Source of the DNA: a virus
Direction: 5' to 3' (one strand)
Virus record (IMG/VR): IMGVR_UViG_3300044941_000346
DNA length: 11,485 bases
Made by a program: the position numbers and the translations under genes. The notes below the pieces were generated by a model. The model was not told the origin of the DNA and ran no database searches. It saw nothing but the letters and a program-made list of their open reading frames with translations. Shown piece by piece: positions 7,737 to 11,485 of the stretch (its first letter is position 1; every line of letters begins with the position of its first letter).

Positions 7737-8992
7737 GCCATCCACCAGGGGTCATCCGGGTCGAGCGCCGCTGCGCACCAGCGCGCCCCCACCTCATCAA
7801 GCTCCGCGCGCACCGCCGCGCTGGCCGCAATCGCAGCCAGCGTCACCTCATTAAAGCCGTTCCCATTTAACACCACCCGCGCGCTCGGATGCAGCCGCGG
7901 CGACGTGATCAGCGCCAGCGCCCCCGCGTCCGTGAGCTGCGTCGCCGACAGATTTAGTAGGCGCAACTGCCCCACCCACGGCAGCGCCAGCAGCCGCTCT
8001 ACGGCTTGATCCGTCAACGGGTTGTCGCTCAGATCCAGCGCGGTCAGCCCCCAGCTGTGCCCTTCTGTGAGTGGCTCGAACAGCGTGTCCAGCGTCGCAT
8101 CGTCGATCCTGCACTCGCCCAGCTCCAGCGTCTTCAAGCGACCCAGCACCGCAGGCGCCTCGCGCAGCACATGCGCCCCTCCGTGCAAGAATAGATTGCC
8201 GCGCAGCGACAGGTGCCGCAGCGCCTCCCAGCCCGACAACGCGAAGATGTGCATACACGGCAGCCCGTGGTGCCCCTCACAGTGCTCCAGCCAGAGCGAC
8301 TCCAGCACGGGCGCCGCGTCCGCAACCTCGACCAGCGCGTCCAACCCCGCGCTGCCGCCCACGCCGAGCGGGTTGCGCGACAGATCCAGGTGCCGCAGCC
8401 CCCGCACCAGCGGTGCACGCGCCAGCCGCACCAGCGGCAGCGCCATCGGCTGCGCGTTATTGCTCGTTGCACGTGTCACGTTCGCCAGGCTCAACCGCTC
8501 AAGCGGCGGCTTATCTGGCTCATCTTGCAGCCAGGCGTCCAGCGCGCCCAACACATCATTGTCCGACAGGTCAAGCGCGCGGAGCCGGTTGTGCTCGGCC
8601 AGCCGCTCCATCAGCGGCCCCACCATATGCTCGTGCAGGCTCGTCCCAGCCAGATCGAGCTGCGTGATGTGCCCCAGCGCCGGATGCTCGATCAGGCGCT
8701 GCATCTTGTCCCGATCCGTCAGCTGCACATGCACTCGCAGCCGCCTGGCGAGCGCCAGCGCGGGCAGCTTGTCGCCCGATAGCACCCGCGCAATCCAGCG
8801 CCGAGGCGCCACCCGCCAGCTATCCTCCCAGCCGCGCAGCTGCGCCTCACAATACGGCAGCGCCTGCTCGGCCAACGATCCATCGTCTGGCCACCGCTCC
8901 AGGAGCGCGCACAGCGCCCCCCACGTCTGCGGCTCAGGCGCGCGCTGCAGTAGGCTGCGCAGCTCCCCGAACAACACCTCGCGCTCGCTCAA
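7733..8992 (-). CDS. RNI-type leucine-rich-repeat protein, paralogue A (~419 aa), with a ~75-aa Trp-rich N-terminal domain shared by the downstream paralogues
   Basis: There are multiple 25-29-aa repeats of the form LxxLxLSxNxLxDxgaxxL (LDLSDNDVLGALDAWL, LDLSRNPLGVGGSAGLDAL, LDLSDNPLTDQAVERLLAL, LNLSATQLTDAGALAL). The N-terminal domain is LFGELRSLLQRAPEPQTWGALCALLERW...ALPYCEAQLRGWEDSWRVAPRRWIARVLSG. The likely start is TTG 8992..8990, preceded by AGGTGG (9003..8998) with a 5-nt spacer, giving a TTGA 4-bp overlap with the upstream stop. The alternative is GTG 9001 (the track start). Confidence 0.75.
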   Translation of the reverse strand: MSEREVLFGELRSLLQRAPEPQTWGALCALLERWPDDGSLAEQALPYCEAQLRGWEDSWRVAPRRWIARVLSGDKLPALALARRLRVHVQLTDRDKMQRLIEHPALGHITQLDLAGTSLHEHMVGPLMERLAEHNRLRALDLSDNDVLGALDAWLQDEPDKPPLERLSLANVTRATSNNAQPMALPLVRLARAPLVRGLRHLDLSRNPLGVGGSAGLDALVEVADAAPVLESLWLEHCEGHHGLPCMHIFALSGWEALRHLSLRGNLFLHGGAHVLREAPAVLGRLKTLELGECRIDDATLDTLFEPLTEGHSWGLTALDLSDNPLTDQAVERLLALPWVGQLRLLNLSATQLTDAGALALITSPRLHPSARVVLNGNGFNEVTLAAIAASAAVRAELDEVGARWCAAALDPDDPWWMA

Positions 8993-9855
8993 GGCTCCCA
9001 CCTCTCGTCATCCACCCACACCGCAAGCTCTGGTCGCTGCGCATACAGATGCTCAAGCGCCGCGCGCACGGAGCGCTCACGCACCTCCAGCCCCGTCAGC
9101 CTGACCTCGCGCAGCGTCGGCAGCTGCTTGGGCGCCGCGCTCAACCACTCCAGGCGCACCCGGTTCCCACTTATATTTAAAGTCTCAATGCTCTCCATGC
9201 GATCCGTGAGCATCGCGTGAATCGATAGATCATTGTCGCTGATGTTAAGGTGTTTGATATGACTCATTGCGCCAGCTTTATTTATATGGACAGCATAGAC
9301 TGTGCTCAGCCCACAGCGTCGCAGGCTTATCCGAGCCAGCTTTGTCGCATCTGCGGGGAGCATCGCCCAGACACCTCGACCACCAAGTGGATTGTGATCA
9401 AGTGTCAAGGATTCGAGAACAGACCAGCTCAGATGACGCCCCAAGATCGCTCCTGCTTCCTCGCCTAAATCACACTCCGACAACATCACATGTGTGAGCG
9501 GCCCCATATCGGGGTTGCTTAATACTACCAAGAGTCCGTGATCGCCGAGCGGGCCGCGGTGGTGGAGGTGGCGGGCTAGCCGCCACAGCCTGCACCGCTC
9601 GCCGCGCAGCGTGGCCCGCATCCAAGCCGCCGGGTTGACGCGCATGGCGTCAGGCCAGGCTTTGAGGTGCTCCTCGGCGTAGGGGATGAGCATCTCCCAC
9701 AGGTAGTCATCATGCGCTGCGGGTGCCAGCACCGCGCAGATCTCGGCCCAGACAAGCGGGCAGGGCGGGCGGTGCAGCAGGCTGCGCAGCTCGGAGAGGC
9801 GCCACTCGGGCGAATCACGATGGGTTTTGGGTGAGGGAGACGGCATCAAGCTCAC
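8989..9855 (-). CDS. RNI-type leucine-rich-repeat protein, paralogue B (288 aa), same N-terminal domain family
   Basis: N-terminal domain: WRLSELRSLLHRPPCPLVWAEICAVL...LIPYAEEHLKAWPDAMRVNPAAWMRATLRGE. It aligns with paralogue A through the conserved ELRSLL, ALPY/LIPY, W(P/E)D..RV.P and W(I/M) positions. LRRs: LTLDHNPLGGRGVWAML, LNISDNDLSIHAML, LNISGNRVRLEWL. The GTG start at 9855..9853 forms a GTGA overlap with the upstream stop. ATG 9846 is the alternative. Confidence 0.75.
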   Translation of the reverse strand: MSLMPSPSPKTHRDSPEWRLSELRSLLHRPPCPLVWAEICAVLAPAAHDDYLWEMLIPYAEEHLKAWPDAMRVNPAAWMRATLRGERCRLWRLARHLHHRGPLGDHGLLVVLSNPDMGPLTHVMLSECDLGEEAGAILGRHLSWSVLESLTLDHNPLGGRGVWAMLPADATKLARISLRRCGLSTVYAVHINKAGAMSHIKHLNISDNDLSIHAMLTDRMESIETLNISGNRVRLEWLSAAPKQLPTLREVRLTGLEVRERSVRAALEHLYAQRPELAVWVDDERWEP

Positions 9856-10573
9856 AGGTCGTCGTCGTAGGGCTCCTCAAGCTCGATCATAGCCTCGTTG
9901 GCGCTGCTCAACAACTCCAGCCGCGCGTTGCAGCCGACGGGGTTGGGCGACAGGCTCAACTGCTCCATCCGTTTGAGCCACACGCACGCCGCGAGCGCAT
10001 AGGCGCCGCGCGAGTTTATGGGGTTGCGCTCAAGCTCGATCGCGGTCTGCGCCGCAAGCCGTAGGCCCGTCACCAGCAGCTCCAGCCCCTCGTCATAGAG
10101 CGCGCAGCTGTGGAGCGACAGGTTGGTCAAGGCGCGCTCGACGCCGCGCGGCGCCTATGCGGTTGTGGCTCAGGTTGGGCGAGACAAGCCGCGTCAGGTG
10201 CGGGCACTGGACGCTGGCGTGCGGATGCCCTTGTCGCTGACCGAGGACCTGTAGCGCATGACGCGCACCAGCACAAGGGACGCCCCCGGATGGCGTGCTT
10301 GATCCAATCCGGGGGCGCGACGCGCAGCGCGTCAGGCCATGTGTCCAGCGCACGCTTGAGGTAGGGCAGGGCCCTCTCGGTGAACAGATCTGGTCGCTCT
10401 GGTTGCGCCTGGTAGGCGTCGATCGCGCGTCCCAGCGCATTCCAGCGCGCCGCGTCGGGCTGGCCGTGCGCAACGCCGCAGAATTCCCCATACCAAGTTG
10501 TCTTGATTGACCTTCTTTTTGCGCTACAAAATGCGTGTTCGGTGTGGTCGGTAAAAGGCTGAGCCAAAGGCAA
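9852..10573 (-). pseudogene. Third LRR paralogue, apparently disrupted by two frameshifts (N-domain in one frame, first LRRs in a second, C-terminal LRRs + acidic tail in a third)
   Basis: Frame 1 (10127..10573) encodes the N-domain homologue WYGEFCGVAHGQPDAARWNALGRAIDAY...ALPYLKRALDTWPDALRVAPPDWIKHAIRGRPLCW. Frame 2 (within 10093..10491) continues with ARHALQVLG...CPHLTRLVSPNLSHNRIGAA, which matches paralogue B LARHLHHRGPLG...GPLTHVMLSECDLGEEAGA. Frame 3 (9852..10130) encodes LRRs and ends EEPYDDDL. This implies single-nt indels near ~10300 and ~10130. Confidence 0.5.
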
Positions 10574-10639
10574 TGAGGCAGAATGAAGGAAGCTTGGTAT
10601 TATTTGTTATCTTATCTCCTCGTTTTATCGTGGTCTTTG

Positions 10640-10825
10640 TTATGTGTTAAAGTGACGGTTTAAGCGTGGCCGCTCACTCCACCAAGTCGTAGAACGTGCC
10701 AAACTCGATCTCCAGAGCGCCTTCCACGCCTCGGCGCTGGACGGCTGCTCCAGCGCGCTGCGCAGCTCACCGAACCGCGCGCTGTGATCACTCACCGACT
10801 TCGACATACCAGTAGTCATCGTCAT
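10640..10825 (-). pseudogene. Orphan fragment of the LRR-paralogue N-terminal domain (first ~25 aa conserved, then degenerates and stops)
   Basis: The 61-aa ORF contains ARFGELRSALEQPSSAEAWKALW, closely matching LFGELRSLLQRAPEPQTWGALCALLERW of paralogue A. The remainder has no similarity and runs into the AT-rich spacer. It overlaps the 3' end of the upstream LRR gene in another frame. Confidence 0.3.
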
Positions 10826-11485
10826 CGTCGGCGCGGCGCTGCCCGCCGTTACGCACCGTCACGCCCGTCGCGCGGAGCTGGTCGATCAGCTCCTCATCGC
10901 CGATGAAGTTATTGGTGATATCAATCGACTTGAGCTTGCCGATCTTTGGATTCCTCGCTAGCGCACCGGCTCCTGTATTCGACATGATCCCCTTCGACAG
11001 ATCCAGCTCCTCCAGGAAGTCCAGCACAGGCGCATCAAACAGCGCCTCCGCCAGCTCGTCCGCCAGCTCGCTGTTCACCAGCCCCAGCCGCTTGAGCTTG
11101 GGGAACGGATACCGCATCTCCGGATACGCTGTCCCCACCAGCAGCGGCTTCACATCCTCCACCGTCACGTCCGCCCCGTACTCGCTGCTCCCCGTCCAGA
11201 TCTCCAGATGCTGCAGGTTCGGCAGCTTCGCGCTCACGATCTGGCGCACCGTGTGGCCGCTCACGCCGCCTGTCTCCACGATCAGCGTCTCCAGCGTCGG
11301 GTGGCTCAGGCCCGTGAACCCCAGCCCGTTGCCGCCGCGCGCCTTGAAGTGCTTGAGCTTGGGGAAGGCGTTGATCACCGCGCCCAGATCAAACTGCTCG
11401 ATCCACGACACCTCGCTCTCCTCATAGGAGATGTCGCCCACAAACAGCGCCTCCAAGGAGGTGAGCTTGGGCGCCGCCGCCCGCA
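10788..11485 (-). CDS. RNI-type LRR protein, 5'-partial (start lies beyond the window end), with acidic/aromatic C-terminal tail DDDDDYWYVEVGE
   Basis: The open frame runs off the window at 11485; M at 11456 is only the first in-window Met. Repeats LETLIVETGGVSGHTVRQI, LQHLEIW, LKRLGLVNSELADELAEAL, LEELDLSKGIMSNTGAGALA, LKSIDITNNFIGDEELIDQL are RNI-like LRRs. The composition (more K/I/F) differs from paralogues A/B, so it may be a distinct LRR subtype. Confidence 0.75.
   Translation of the reverse strand, partial: RAAAPKLTSLEALFVGDISYEESEVSWIEQFDLGAVINAFPKLKHFKARGGNGLGFTGLSHPTLETLIVETGGVSGHTVRQIVSAKLPNLQHLEIWTGSSEYGADVTVEDVKPLLVGTAYPEMRYPFPKLKRLGLVNSELADELAEALFDAPVLDFLEELDLSKGIMSNTGAGALARNPKIGKLKSIDITNNFIGDEELIDQLRATGVTVRNGGQRRADDDDDYWYVEVGE

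Noticed and set aside
5573-9104. Long plus-strand ORFs (5573..6160, 5604..6176, 7110..8009, 8022..9104, 8071..8667, 8213..8782) with Pro/Arg/Ala/Ser-rich products
   Set aside because: They are antisense to the hydrolase, ATP-grasp-HAD and LRR genes, whose translations carry clear domain signatures. The composition is typical of GC-rich antisense frames.
5441-10535. Recurring GCGCTACAAAA / CTGGTTTTGTAG strings (5441-5460, 6150-6165, 10524-10535)
   Set aside because: Two copies are simply the codons ACA-AAA (Thr-Lys) in different proteins. An 11-mer match in ~11.5 kb on two strands is expected many times by chance.
1-11485. Mobile elements, CRISPR arrays, tRNA/rRNA genes
   Set aside because: No transposase/integrase-like translations, no terminal inverted repeats flanking a block, no regularly spaced direct repeats, and no tRNA-like cloverleaf candidates were seen by eye. 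The absence of evidence is limited by manual inspection.

Overview
The window is GC-rich (roughly two-thirds G+C by eye) and organised like a prokaryotic operon. Every credible gene lies on the minus strand. Most gene junctions are 4-bp start/stop overlaps (ATGA at 3702-3705, 5096-5099 and 7733-7736; GTGA at 9852-9855; TTGA at 8989-8992 if a TTG start is used). The whole window therefore looks like one compact transcription unit read from high to low coordinates. In that order it contains: a partial RNI-type leucine-rich-repeat (LRR) protein (10788..>11485); an orphan fragment of an LRR-paralogue N-terminal domain (10640..10825); an LRR paralogue broken by two frameshifts (9852..10573); two intact LRR paralogues sharing a ~75-aa Trp-rich N-terminal domain and acidic/aromatic C-terminal tails (8989..9855 and 7733..8992); an ATP-grasp + HAD-phosphatase fusion (5913..7736); an alkaline-phosphatase-superfamily hydrolase (5096..5923); a HemN-like radical SAM enzyme (3702..5099); a second radical SAM enzyme with a CNYACDYC motif (2830..3705); a 217-bp gap ending in a good Shine-Dalgarno; an 823-aa major vault protein (MVP) homologue (131..2602); and a palindromic terminator-like element (72..97). 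The main thing worth a second look is the combination of a vault shell protein with a translationally coupled rSAM/rSAM/hydrolase/ATP-grasp cassette and a decaying tandem LRR array. From memory the cassette resembles the uncharacterised STM4011-STM4014-type cassette, but I could not verify this here. All plus-strand ORFs in the track look like antisense shadow ORFs of GC-rich coding DNA. No tRNA, rRNA, CRISPR array or transposase was recognised.
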